A stretch of 64,000 nucleotides of DNA from Perkinsus chesapeaki ATCC PRA-425 (Eukaryota > Protista > Perkinsozoa): NCBI GenBank assembly GCA_013115145.1, contig JAAPAO010000012.1, positions 79,563 through 143,562 on the forward strand, given 5' to 3'. This document shows positions 26,401 through 39,467 of this stretch, one piece after another. Every line of letters begins with the position of its first letter. Position 1 is the first letter of the stretch. The notes under the pieces were generated by a model. It was not told the origin of the DNA. It saw only the letters and a list, made by a program, of their open reading frames with translations, and ran no database searches. A program made the translations under genes and the position numbers.

Positions 26401-28191
26401 GCTGCTCTCGTCGGCTCTGCAAGGTGAAGTGGAGTCTTGAAGATCTTTCGAAGCTCCCGAGTCTTCCTGGGAGTACTCAGATATTGAAGGACTAGCTTCG
26501 CAGGAAGCAGACCGAGGACAGTTAGGCTGCGATGCGTGTGATTCCTCCGCTTCGGCGTGTGCCAGAACCGGGCTGTTCTCTGCCTTCACGACTTGATCGA
26601 TTTCGCCACTCGCTGGGTTCCTCGTTTGCTTGCCTACTGTAGACTCCTCTGCGTTATGAAGGCGGATATGAAGGCCTTCTGGGGAATCGTCTGGCCCCAC
26701 TGCGACACGATTCGTGCTCATTAGTTGCACCGTGGCAGTTGGTGTTAAACGCTCCGATGCGCTTTCTGTTTGGCTTGCCGCATCTGTGGCAGCCTTGCCA
26801 GTTTCGACGTCATCAGTTTGCACGAGAGCAGACGAAGAGGCAGTCTCATCCGTCTGTATCTCAACTCCTTCCAACGAAGGCGTATCCGTTTTTCTCGGAG
26901 ACTTTGGCTCTGGAGGTATTTCTACTCGCCCTGGAACAACTCGAGCTGACCGCGAGGCCTGAAAAACTTGACAGTGACATAGTCCATGTTCTGAGGGAAC
27001 GTACAGAAGACGGAAGGCCAGTTTTCGCCAAAGAGTTATCATTTGTCCGTTGTCGGCGCCATCTGGGGGAGTTGGCTAAAAGACCCATCACATTCGGGTG
27101 AGCCTGCCCTTCTCCCACCAAGTACTCAACCTTCGCCTCGACCTAGCACTGTCATTCACGGTAAGAGTACATTGCCGACAGCACTCACACATTGCTGCAG
27201 CACTTGACGTGTCTTATCATCGAAGTGAGTGAGTGGGTCGTAGAACTCGGGTTCCAGGGCTTCTGGGGCAAACTGGTCGAGCGAGTTGTCGTTGAGATTT
27301 CTGTGGCGGCGAAGCAACAGTATCTTTCAGAGGGGCGGCGGCTTGAACTCAAATCAGAGCGTATATGTTACCTCCTTGGCAGCATCAGATTGGCATCGCA
27401 AGAGAGTCTCCTCACTCTGACGAAGCCTTTTACTCAGGAAGGAGCAACCGATGCACTAAAGACAGTACGGCACTAACTCGACTGGATCGCAAGCCTACGC
27501 TTTCTTGGGCGCCAGCCTGGGGCGAGAAAGCCAGTTCTTGAGCCAGCTTCCACACTATATCGTGGACAACTTCTGGATGATCGAGAGCACCACCTAGCTC
27601 GCTTGTGGTTTTGGAGACGAGCCCTAGTGGTAACATCGCTCCCCCGGCTGCGAACTGGAACCGATTTCCTACTGCTGATGTCAACATCGTTTGGTAACTT
27701 CAGTAGAGCATTCGAACTGAGATTCGAGCTTTCACCAAGAGTGCTACCGTTCGGGCTATCAGCATGCTCTTGTTGCCTCGGGTTACTGAAAGGCACAAAA
27801 TTTGGAATCCTATACGGTGCACGCCGAAGTCTCGAGTCCAAATACGAGTATGGCGAAAACAAGAGTTGAGGTCGCGTTCCTCACCAGCCTAACTGTGCGG
27901 CTTTTAGTTTCGCTAGATGCTCCTGCAGTTTGGCGATGATGGAGTCTTTGCCCTGAACACCGGAAAGGGTCGTCACGAAAACAAAGAAGGTTGATAACGC
28001 TCCTCCGATACCTGAAGCTCCGCAGCGGACTCCGCTTCGTGGCCACGTTTAACATTCGGACCATGGACTTTAGCTCTGAGTTCTAAACGGTTAGGTTTTC
28101 TTGTCCCGGAATCCCCCATCGGAACAGTAGGTCTGGTGTATTTACGCCTCCGCGGACCACTGGGCCCGTGACCTCCCTTTTTGAGGCCCAT
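23498..28191 (-). CDS. Large hypothetical protein: coiled-coil/low-complexity N-terminal half and EF-hand-like C-terminal region (may be more than one gene)
   Basis: Long ORFs 25657-27042 and 23498-24748 are linked by short exons with GT-AG introns. The C-terminal region has EF-hand-like loops (FDHNRSGCVRVWDL, GRGDGWIDYTRM). The start codon is uncertain. Confidence 0.6.
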
Positions 28192-28391
28192 GAAGAAACC
28201 ATTGGCGCTATAGAGGAGCGGAGTTGGAGACTGCTTCATGAGAAACGTGGCATTTGACTTCACCTTGCGAGTGGCACGCGTTCGGTGGCAGGTGACTTTA
28301 ATTGACAACACTATGCTGATAGAGCAGAAACTATTGTTATTGAAATCGAGAACTATAATTTATGCGTTCAGTAGCAGAGAATCGAATTCAC

Positions 28392-30041
28392 TCAATCTCG
28401 TTTGGTCTTCGGGCTTTCAACCGGCTGAGGGGCCCAAACATACCCAAGGGAGCCAACTAGCAGCGCCAATGCGCCAAGAGCCATGGTCGGGGGCGGGTAC
28501 GGAGGTGCGTGGAAGGCGTAGGCAGAAAGCAGCAGACAAGCAAAGCGTTGGACGGTAGCCATGAGCTCGCAAGTCACGTGCTGAGTGGTACTCGAGAGCT
28601 TCAGCTGATAGCGCCGACACAATTGAGCGAGTACCATGTTACCTGGAAGAAAAATGAGTTAGGATATCTGAACCGCTGGTCTCACCAGTGAGGCACGCTA
28701 AAGTTAAGACAGCAGCGTGGCGCGATGAGTGGGAGAGGAGCACCCGTCTGACGGACTCAGCGCCCTTTGGTGAGGCCAGCAGCAACGGCAAGCCAATGAG
28801 ATGCTGCATGAGCAACTGCTCTTCCACTTGAGGACCGTAGATAATGAAACAACGGTTAACTAGGAAAGTCTGGAACGTGCCGCACAAAACTGCTATGAAC
28901 ATCAAAAACAAGCCGAGCGCCATCGCACTGTCATCGGAGGCCGAAGAGGAGCCGGAGGATGAAAGCGCCGCACACGATATGATGCCAGCTGTTGTGAGCA
29001 GCACGGAGCAAATCTGCATGCGAGAATATCTGAGATTAAGAAATATTTCACATTGGTGCTGCATTGTACCGTTTATCGAGCAATATCGCCCCGACTATCA
29101 TACCGGTAGCAAGCTGCAAGTTGGACACAACCACCTGAAACAACGAGCACTCATTAAGGAAATTCCACGATACTATTCGCCATTGGTGGATTCAGCAACG
29201 TAAAATTTGTGCAAGGGAATGAAACGGAAAACCCCAACCTACAACTGCTGTCATCGGCAGCATCGTGATGCCGAGCGCCTTGAGGTAGGCATAGCCAAAG
29301 GAGCATCCACTAAAGACCAGATGCCACTTCCAAGGGATCTTATGATGAGCAATTATTGATGGTATAGAAGTGGCCCGCTTTAGAACAATAAATACGTGAA
29401 CCTGAGCAGATTATGCGGTAGGACAGCAGGTGGCTCCAAAAATGGGGTTTAATTCTGCCTACAAGGATTGCGCACAGGAAAGCAGCAGACTTGTCCTCGC
29501 TGACTAGTAGCTCCATCGGAATGTGGGACCCGACACCACAGAGGAAATACAACGACGCGAACGTGGTCGCCTGCATAGTAGCGATAACGATCTGATGGCA
29601 CCACTGCTTACCATCTTAACCCGGCGTCTTCTCGTAGCTGTCAGTTCGCGCTGCCATCTTGCCACAGCTTTGACCTTCGCCCAGTTCTGGGAAGTTCGGG
29701 CCGCAATCTCGTCAGGAGCCATACTGCCAGATTCTAGAGAAGATACGAACCTCTCAGACGATCTTGCCGGGAATATTCCCCGCAGGCCGTCACTAATGAC
29801 CTCACGAAGGCTATTTTAACGCTATATTAGAGAACACCGCTGCCAGATTTTGTCCTGTGGAACCACCCCATGCCACACAGATACTCGATCGGAAATGGTC
29901 ACCCTGAGATGATGGTTCTTCCCCACCGTCCGAAGACGTCGGGGTTTCTCCTATCAAATCGGCTTCGACATCCTCAGGGATAGCATCGTAGTCGCAGGAG
30001 TCGAAAATGAAGCTGGGCTCGAAGCACGATACCGACGACAT
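28392..30041 (-). CDS. Nucleotide-sugar transporter, UAA family (SLC35B4/YEA4-like), with acidic N-terminal extension
   Basis: Multiple hydrophobic helices (CGVGSHIPMELLVSEDKSAAFL; YSRMQICSVLLTTAGII; EEQLLMQHLIGLPLLL; LLVGSLGYVW) and a dilysine-like tail KTKRD*. An intron gtaagc...atgcag links the N-terminal exons. Confidence 0.7.
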
Positions 30042-30352
30042 AGACCGAGGGACGCTCGAGGCAAACGGCGCCCCTGGCGGCGTGGGGATCCTAAAATCGA
30101 CGGCTGGGCTTTGACGTGCTCTGAAGGCCCTACCATCCGGAAGAGGATAGTCTTCTCAATCTGTGTCTTGGATGTGCGAGACCGTCAATAGCGTGACCGA
30201 TTGCCGGCAGCTGGGTGTCGGTCTCATATTTGCTCATGGCTGAAAATACAATCAACTGTCGAATCACTCAGGAAGCAAGGAAGACGTCACGGCGAGCGGG
30301 ATACTCAGCCCCAAGGCTGCCGACAAACGCAAGCCAGTGGAGAGCTGAAATT

Positions 30353-31546
30353 CTACATCGGGTCCATGATTCGGCCTCCACCCCAATCCATGTCGCTGTC
30401 TTCTTCCCATGGCATCGGCATGGGCCGGCTTGGCACGACCGGGCCGAGCTCCGCATCCAACCACGACTCCCGGGTGTGAGTATCCAAGTACTTCAACCTC
30501 AGGCCCATTGGGAGATCAGTCGAGTCGCTAATTATAGGGTACTCTGGCGAGGAACCGAAGATGACGTGCCAAACTCGATCTAAGGACGCGCAGGCGCACG
30601 CGGGTATTCCGGCCGCAACAGCGCGGAGCAAAGCGTCTTTTCGGACAATAAAGAGCCCGGAGTCGTAGCCAGCAAGTTGGCCTCGAGCCGTGTGTAAACC
30701 ACAAACGTTGGAGCCTGGGGGCCTCAGGTGACGACTGCCGCCAAGATAAGCGAACCTCGTGTGGAAGGTGCCAGCTGAGATAGCCCGCAGAACTAGCTCC
30801 GCATATTCTACAGAGAACGCACCGTTCAGGAACATAACGTAATCAGCGCCTACGGTAGCAGTGCGAAGAAAGTGGCTGTAGACATCACAGTGGGACTTGC
30901 CGGTCCACAGCCCAGTGCATGTGTTATAGGTAATGACACGAGTACCATTGAAGAGACTGTCAATCGCCTGGCAACCAGCATAGACGATTTCAGCGATGGC
31001 ACCATCGGATTGCAGTACTCCGTTTAAATTAGCAACGACGCTTGTAAGCGGCCAACCAGAGAATAAGTGTTCTCGCCGCGCCTCGGGGATGTTTTCGTAC
31101 ACCGCTTGAAAAACGGCCAGCCATCGCAGGCCAGCGGCGTCTTCGGGATCGATGGAGAGACGAGATTCGGCTAGAAGGCCGTAGGCAATGACCATAGCAC
31201 TTGGGCATTCGTCGATCATACGCATCACGAAGTCCCTCGGGGACCGTGCAAGCACGTAGGCCTCCTTTAAAGGCGGGCGCTTGCCGGTATCGTAGAAATT
31301 GACAGCCTTGAGTTGGAAGTGGGAGGCGCTGAAGGTGTAGTTGAACTCTTCACCACGTGCTCCCCACCAGGACACTTCATACTCGGAAAAGCAATTGAAG
31401 GCAATAGAGGGAAAGAGACGATGGCAAAACAACACAAGGAGGGGACAAAGCAACAGCATGAAACAAAATGCACAACTCTGGCAAAGCCAACAGGGGATCT
31501 GTAGGCACGCTTTGACTGAAACCCACTGGGTAGTGCCCGCACCCAA
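30353..31546 (-). CDS. Hypothetical signal-anchored protein, DUF3431-like
   Basis: 397-aa intronless ORF with an N-terminal hydrophobic segment. Motifs CDVYSHFL...ADYVMFLNG, SGLFIVRKDAL and LDRVWHVIFG resemble DUF3431 (eye match). Confidence 0.55.
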   Translation of the reverse strand: MGAGTTQWVSVKACLQIPCWLCQSCAFCFMLLLCPLLVLFCHRLFPSIAFNCFSEYEVSWWGARGEEFNYTFSASHFQLKAVNFYDTGKRPPLKEAYVLARSPRDFVMRMIDECPSAMVIAYGLLAESRLSIDPEDAAGLRWLAVFQAVYENIPEARREHLFSGWPLTSVVANLNGVLQSDGAIAEIVYAGCQAIDSLFNGTRVITYNTCTGLWTGKSHCDVYSHFLRTATVGADYVMFLNGAFSVEYAELVLRAISAGTFHTRFAYLGGSRHLRPPGSNVCGLHTARGQLAGYDSGLFIVRKDALLRAVAAGIPACACASLDRVWHVIFGSSPEYPIISDSTDLPMGLRLKYLDTHTRESWLDAELGPVVPSRPMPMPWEEDSDMDWGGGRIMDPM

Positions 31547-31696
31547 CCGAGACTCGACGACTGGCTCGCGTTACGAGTTATCCAATGATCGCATCTTGTT
31601 CCGCGGAACCAAACTCCATGGAGAACGTCGATCCGATCGCTACCGCAGCATTCACACAACACAACAAAGATGAACGTCTGGTAATAATACATCTCC

Positions 31697-33874
31697 TCAT
31701 CTGCCTGATCTCGGCCTGGCCCTTTGGGCTGCCTGGGACCGTTGTAGTGTACCAGCTCGAGAGAGCAACTTAATCCGCTGGGTCAGATTGGTGTACTCAG
31801 AATGGAGGTCCTCCACTTGCAGCCGTCCTGAGATATCCGGACTCCACGGAGACAGTAAGTAGACTTACTCTGTGCATGGATTTCCCGCAACATGGCCAGT
31901 ATCTCGATCTTCTTGCAAAGGACCGCGAATCTGCACAAGCCGTACAGCGTTAGCAACACAGACTGTGGAGCTTACAGTCGGCAGGTCCTTGGTGTTCGAC
32001 ACTGTGGTTGTAACTGGCGGAAACCCATACCAGACAGAACTGCGTTGATCTCGCTCTGAATGCACTTCGCCGCACTGTCCTGTTGCTTGTTCTGCCCCGA
32101 GCGCGGATTCTGGAAGACAGGATTGCCCGGAGAGAAAAGCCATGTCCCGCGGCGCTCACTCCGTTGACGAGAGATCCTCCTTGTCCCATTAGCACGTGAT
32201 AGTGGAGTGGATGTCGGATATTCGCAGCTGAAAAATATCGATAGCATTTAGTGGCACTATGGCATGCCGATGCCCAGGACGCTCCAGGTAAGGTACGTAC
32301 TGGAAAGGCTGGCACCGATAACCGGCGGAGGAAACAGGGAGCAACTTCTAGCTGCTCGAACTTCCGAAGGATCCGCCTGAGTAAAAGGAGATGCTGTCGA
32401 AAATGCCAAGTGACAATCATCGACAGCCATGTGATACTCCGGCCGCAGCCAAGGATCGCCGTCGCCCACCTTCATCTCCCTCTTTCGCTTCTTCCGTGAT
32501 TTGGTAACGTGCTCACCCTTCACAGTGTCGACAAATTCACCGTACTTGCTAGTCTGAAAAGTTGATATCTCAAAATAGATCGCCCGGCTACCTTACCACA
32601 GGTATCTGACATGCTCGCAGTAGATTCCGAAAGTTGAGCCGGAAATGCAAACGTGAGCCCTCGTCGAGACTTAGTTGCTTCTCCAGTATTATCCGCCGAT
32701 TATCATCGTACTCCTTATGGTACCTATCACAACTATAGTTCGAAGAGTATGGAGCGGAATTGCTCACTTTGTGGCCAGAATAGAGCACGACTTCTGCTGG
32801 GCATCGTTGACCGCGTGGATGCCGTCTTTTCTCTCAACGGAGAGTAAGTGGACGAGCATGAGGTACATCAAACTCTTTAGAAAACGTTCTCGGCATGGAC
32901 CTGCCAAAGCAAAATACTGCAAGTGTCGAGAGCGCCCTCCACTGACAGTGACTTGTCTTCAAATCCGAGTCGCAACGGGTGATCCAACGGTCCACTATGA
33001 CCGGCCATCGTTCATAACCACCGTAGGTCTTTGCCGCCTCGAGGAGATACTGACACTCCTCCTGGGTATACACTGGCTTCGAGGTGGTAGCGCTGCTCGA
33101 ACATGTACCTGACGCGGGGCGGCAGACTGGCAGTTCGCAGGGCATAATGCACCGATTGCGCGAAACACTCGTTTGTGATTTCCCGAGCTACAGAACTGGC
33201 TCGCTTTTTAGCCAATCCGAAAGGAAAGCGGAGCTGGTAGCTTTCCGTACATTTGAAACGCCTATCGGTCTCCTCCTTAATCTTCACCCATGTCCTCTGA
33301 TCCAGAGTAGCAGGCACGAGGCCCTCTTCGCCCTGGAACGTCCTGGCATACTTCGGAGGCAGATCTGTCGTGAGGGAGGTGCTCGGCCGAGCCTCGACGC
33401 CGTCAGCTTGCTGCTGCTGGTTCTCCTCCTCATCGGGAACCTTCTCCCAGTGATAAAGTGTGAGCCCACTGGGCTGGAGCTGAAACAATTCCTCGGGCAG
33501 CCCAGAGCGGCCGGGCTATCTCACCACTGGTCTCCGGCGCCATCGGGGTCTGCTCTTGCACGCCAGCCCAGCCTTCACCGGTTCATCGACTGTGATGCCT
33601 AGATTGCAACTATGGATTCCCGACGGGCACTGGGCTGCTCACCAATGGGGAATAGTCGAGCCGGTCGAAACCTGTCCGACTCGAACAGGCTCTGGTCCGT
33701 GTCCACCGTGGAGGGCGGCGGCGACGGAGTTGTGGTTCTATCGCTGAAAACAACAGTCACGGTTTGGAGGACGGGAAGTAGAGGACCCACTCTTCATCTC
33801 GCACCTCCGACTTTGCCTCGGTGGACATTTGGCACAACCCTAGTGACTTCCCATAGTTACCAAACCGATGTCAT
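31697..33874 (-). CDS. DMAP1/SWC4-like SANT-domain chromatin protein, multi-exon
   Basis: SGLTLYHWEK, SANT-like YTQEECQYLLEAAKTYGGYERWPVIVDRW, YHKEYDDNRRIILEKQL and a C-terminal helical part, in the order expected for DMAP1/Swc4. The start is uncertain. Confidence 0.65.
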
Positions 33875-34064
33875 TCGAACGAGACGCGCACGGTGATCAA
33901 GAAAAGTGTGAATGCAATAGTGATTACTGACAGTACTATTAAAGGGAGAATATCCGCAAGCCGCGACTCCAAAAGGGCTCTTGGCTCGGCAGGGCCCGAG
34001 TCGGCTTGACACTAGAAGAAAAAATCTGAGCATATAAAAGATTACATAAAGCGAGTAGCGACGC

Positions 34065-37000
34065 TCAGAAATCAAGCAGAGTATCTCTGCCGCTGGCGAC
34101 GAGTAGAACTCTCTGGAGACCTTGCGTGAGGCAATCGCAATACCTGAGAGAAGGGGTAGTCTTACGACAGTCACGCGCCCCAGATAGATCGATGAGCAGC
34201 TTACGCAGTGAATGCTTCGCAATCATCATCTGTTTCGACCGACCAAATGCTGGGCATGTTCATCAGCACCAGGGAGCTATCGGAGGACCTGAGGCGACAA
34301 CTCAGTATAGGGTACTGGTGGCGGAGGAAGCTCACCTTGACAGGATTATCTGATTGAGAGTGTAGAAGTAATGCTCGCAGTCGTCATGACTCGTCGGCGA
34401 CTCTCGCGGGCTCTCTTCTTGGCTGCCGGCCGTCGGGGACTCTCCAGAGCTCTCCTCTACTGGAACCTGTCCAAATCGAGAGTGAGGTGCCACCAGTAGG
34501 AAAAGGTGGCAACGAAACATTCTCGTGATAAAGGACAAAAAGGGAGATAGTAGGAAACGGCCAACTGCCTTACCATAGGAGGACTCTCGAGCTCCGCAGT
34601 AGGGCTGTGCACCGTTGAGGCATTCTTGCTGTCGATCGGATGTGGCACGAAGTTGCTGGACGGAGGCAGATCGTAGTGCGGGGCTCCAGCACTGGCCTGG
34701 GGCGGCTGCAGGTACATCTGGCTCTGGAGCCTGTTGAAGCTGGGCTGGCCAGTCTTATGAGCCATCAGCCTGCTAGGGGCATGAGAGGTACCGTCGAAGG
34801 CAGACGAGGGAACTGGCGTAGGGCCAACCATACCTGTAAGGGGGGCAGAGGCGGCAAGGCGTGGAAGAGGTAATTATTACTCGGCAATCTAGATCCAGGT
34901 AGTAGCGGATCAAGCAACGGTCCTGCAGAATGGGTTCGATATACTCTCCCTCAGAAGGCTCACCTGATGCGCGTCGATCGTCGCTCGAGCAAGTGTTTTC
35001 GAACATAGCAGGGTTTGCCATCATAGAGGACGGTCCGACCATTGAGGGGCTGTTGTGGTCGTAGGCTGAAAGGAAGCAAATAACGTAGCAAACGACCATG
35101 GCGATAAGCCCCTCACCTCCGGCGTTCTCCATAACTGCCCTCTTGTTGAGCACACGACTGCCAACGCTCCTAAGGAGCTGCTTCTCGCGGTCAGGGCTGA
35201 TCGATACTAGGAGACACACGTGATAGGAGATAGCAACAACAACAACGCTGCCATACCTCCCTGGGCTCTTAACGACTCTGCAATTTTACGGCGCAGCTCC
35301 GCCTCATCGATAGAGCCAATACTATTATAGACTTGGCTGCGACGCCGACCGTCCTCGGTGTACACCGCTGGGCCCTCACTGAAAAAATGATAATGAAGTA
35401 GGATAGTAAGACGGGGCTGTGGTTACGCATAGCTGGCAGACTCGAGACTGGACGCCGATGATCTTCTGTGGGGCGGCTGAGCTACATCAGGCTGATGGCT
35501 GTCCTCGCTTGGCTTGGTCGGGGGTAGCCTCTGCGCATCTTGGATGTTGATGACAGGCAGGTCATGCCGGTCGTTGCCAGCTGGTTGTGTTACATCAATC
35601 TAAGCAAATATACACTACCCCCGTAAACGGGAGAGCAGCAGTAACCTACGAGCATCGGCTCAGTGTTCTCTCCATTGGCCGATCTCGGCTCTGGTTTTTC
35701 TGCCAGCTCATCGAGCGAGTTCTTGCTGTCTTTCGACGCCTCTAGTTGAGGGTCTTGCTCCTCGTAGGCATCGTTGCCACTAATGTCGGGGAAGAGGTCA
35801 TCAAGCTGGCTTGGCAGGACGTTCTTCTTAGTGTGCGCCTTGTGGAGCTGACAGCAGCTCCGATCTACTGGTCACCTTCCCCACAACAGCCCACCGTTGG
35901 CTGGAACTGCGCCCTTTCCTCGTAACGAAGAGTCCAATCGTAGGTGTACGGCTCGATCATTTTGTCATCGAGAACGACAACCTCCACCTCGACCGTCTGG
36001 AATAGCCTCTTCCGCCTCAGAGTGTTCTCTAATTTCTGTCCCGCGGCAGCTGCCTGCTCTGCCGTTATCTCCTCCATTATAACAAATATGCGAACCTAAG
36101 CCGCGCATGATGACAATGTAGAGAGCATCCATTACAGCAGCTTACTCGACTCGTTTTCCAGACCCAATCCTCATGAGTGGTGAAGAGCCACGCTAGAAGG
36201 GCCAACAGGCCGCCATCGTGAATGATCCACCAGACATCCACAACCTAACAGGCTGGTGAAGATATCTCGATGCCCTTCAGCTCACCTTAGAGTGCTCCTT
36301 GTAGGAGGGGTTCTCGAAGTAATCGAGGAAGCACTGAGAGAGGGAGTGAGTCGAGTCACCCTTCACGCAGATGACAGCCTTCTGTTCTATACGGCACACT
36401 TCCAACGTCTTCACCTGCACGAGAACGCGTCACAGCCAAACGCATGCGGGAACCGCTCACAAATTCGACAGCGGCGTTGGCACCGAGATCTCCGCCATCC
36501 GCCTTTTCCGGCCAGGCCAGGATGACCTACGAAGGGACGGCGTGAACAGAATGCTTCTCGGAGGCAATTACGGTATTCGGTCGAAGGCCTCCTAGACCGG
36601 TGATGGTTACCGCGCTGGATGCGCCCTCGTACATGGAAGGGCTCGGTATGACGGAAGCGAAACCCGCCAGCTTGCCTAGGAAACAGATAGGAAAATGCTA
36701 TACGCGCCTGTCGTACGTTGAGTGAGCTTGTGCTCTAAAAGAGCAGCTTCGGCCGACCTGGCCTCTTGCAGATGCTGGAAGGGGCATGAGACACACCGGC
36801 TGGCTCTGGGCTTACCCTGTCAGTCCTGTCACCGACTTCGATGGCTGCCACGACGCACATACCGTTGCTAACGCCTCGGATCTGGCTGCAGATGCCCAAG
36901 AGCACGTCACCCTGCCTGAGATGGACGGAATCCACATTGGCATGGGGCAAGCCTTGAGGCTTACCCCTCCCTGCCAGCCTGGTAGATGACCAGCGGCTGC

Positions 37001-39368
37001 GGACGCCAATTGACTCTACGGCTCTGTTCGTTGCCTTTAGCAAGCAAGGTCTGCAAGGCGAGGTTGTATCTGAAGGAGATGTACAGCTGTCATGAAGGGA
37101 AGATCAGCCGCTCACCTGATACCATCGATACCGGAGCCCCAAGCCGCCTGCTCGTTAACGTAGTCGGTGTAAAGGTAGACGGCAATACAAATGGCAAAGA
37201 CAACCAAAGCGAATACAACATGGACGGTCAGCATCATGCCACAGCAGGCGATGAACCCTAGGAGGCTTGAGGTAATATACCATGCTCTGCCGTAGGTGGT
37301 ATGGATACCCTCCGGCCGCCAGCTGACCGACCTCAGCACGGTCTGAAGGAAGAGTATCGGAGAGGACAGGAGAAGTGGCGTGTCTTACCTGGACCAGACA
37401 ACTGAGGTTGATGCAGGCGTAACAGAGCAGGAAGCACATAGTCAGCAGCGGAGCGATGCTGTCCAAGGAGGAGCCAAGGATGCCCAAAGCCAGACATGCA
37501 GGAATCATTGTAACAAGCAGCGCTCGGTGGGGCTCCTGGGAGGAATTTACCACCAGAGATGGACGGTGAGAGGCTACCTGGGATTTCCCGCTGAGGACAG
37601 CGATGGGCCTGAGCGGTGGCAGAAGGTTATCGGATGCTATCGAGTAGAGGAGCCTTGGAGCGACAACCTGACGACAACTACCAAGTGAAGGGCAGCTGAA
37701 TTTAAAAACAGTGTAACCGCGTTCACTTAAGAGTCAAGCACCAGTGGAGATACACCGCTAGGAATGGCGGTTAGATTCTCGCGGCCGAAGCTGGAAAGGA
37801 ACCCTTTCTTACAAGGCACTGAAGACTCTGCGATAGGGAAGATATCATGACCCCAACAAATACAACAGGGGCGTTGGGAAGTAAAATGCGGTACAATAAA
37901 CCATTCTCCATGGCACCTGACAGAAAGCCATATCCGCGTCACGGCGTCACAGCGGCCATACCCCTCAGTGTGCCGGCGTCCGCCACAGCAGCCCAAAGCA
38001 CCATAAAGAGAGCGTACATCACCAAAGAGAAAGTGATGGCTCCGAAGGTTCCCCGCTTCAGGTTCACCGGAGGATTTTTCAACACGTCGGTGCGATTGGC
38101 GCCAGACAGGATCCCTGTGAAGCACGGGAAGAAGAGCGACAGCATCGAATTGAAACTGGTGCCGTCAGTGTACTGTGGCCAGAGATTTCCGTGTACGTAG
38201 TTCGAACCGGTGGTGAACACTGGGACAGCTAATGAGACAAAGAAGGCCACCACGGTGGCCAGCACGGTGACGATGAAGATGACCGCCAGCTTGGAGACAG
38301 CATCGATACCGCCGATAAAAACCGTGAGGAATTGCACGAACAGGAGGGCAAACGACAGAGGTAGAGGTGTCAGAAACGGTGATAGCCAAGATAGGGATTG
38401 CGGCAGTAGGACAGCCCCTGCCGACGTCTTGGGCAATAGCATTAGGAGGGTGTCGATGGCACCAACAGACTCCATGACAGCGAGAAGGAGGCCACCCAAC
38501 CAGTAGGCAATGCCAATCGAGACGCCTGGGTAAGCGCCGATGGTACCTATAAAAGCAAGGGTTACTCACACAAGAAGATGAGTTAAAGTCCCATGCGGAG
38601 ATAGTAGGTGCAGGAGGACGTGACAGAAAGTATGTAATATATATCTAATCAATATATAATATATATAGGACTCCTTGACGAAGACCAGATAGTATTATTC
38701 CCGACAAAGATTCCTCTAGGTTTCTTTGATGCCCTGGGCAACTTACGTGATATCATATAGTACGGTCCACCCTCGGAGGCAATACCACCGCTGCTGGCCA
38801 TAGCTGACATACACGCGGTTGTACCTGATTAAGCTGGGTTGATCTCGAGAAGGCCGACTGTTCCTTACAGAAGGCAACAACGAAACTGCACAGGACAATC
38901 AAGAGGGAATGAAAGAGACCAGCGTTGCCGACGATAATGAAGAAACGCAGAAAGATAAGAACCTAAAGGGGACCAGGTCGATGAGACTGAGACGCACCAC
39001 AGTGGAGATGAACTCACCCCCCACATGTTCTCGCAAGTGGGGACGAACACACCAGAGAAGGATCCTAAGAGTGGCGATGGCAGGCGGAGCGAAGCGATGC
39101 GGCTTACCTCTTTTCTTCTTGGCAGGCCTGGTCTGGTTGGTGGAGCTGCTCCCTCCCAAATGGTTCCCACCGTCGTCGTCGGACTCCAGCAGCTTATACG
39201 CCTGACAAACTAAACGTCGACAACGGCTCGGCCTCTCGCCGCTACTCTCGATGCGTTGGAGCGCATGGTGAAGTTGTTGGCTGCGCCGGGTCCGCCCGAT
39301 AAGAGGCGCTCACGGAGACCGGGGTGCGCGCCGTCTACTGTTCCGGAGCCTACAGACTCGTAGGGCAT
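34065..39368 (-). CDS. Cation-chloride cotransporter (SLC12, KCC-like), multi-exon
   Basis: GSFSGVFVPTCENMWGV and SLFFPCFTGILSGANRTDVLKNP in the membrane domain. The C-terminal domain has VDVWWIIHDGGLL...RIFVI...EVEVVVLDDKMIEPYTYDWTL and ends SSLVLMNMP...LTQGLQRVLLVASGRDTLLDF*. Confidence 0.92.
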
Positions 39369-39467
39369 GACAAGAGATAAACAAGCCAGTCACTGAGAGA
39401 CGCTCTCGCAAAGAACCAAACGCAAGGCAGACTTCTTAAGCACACCAAGTTGACAGCATAAGGAAGG

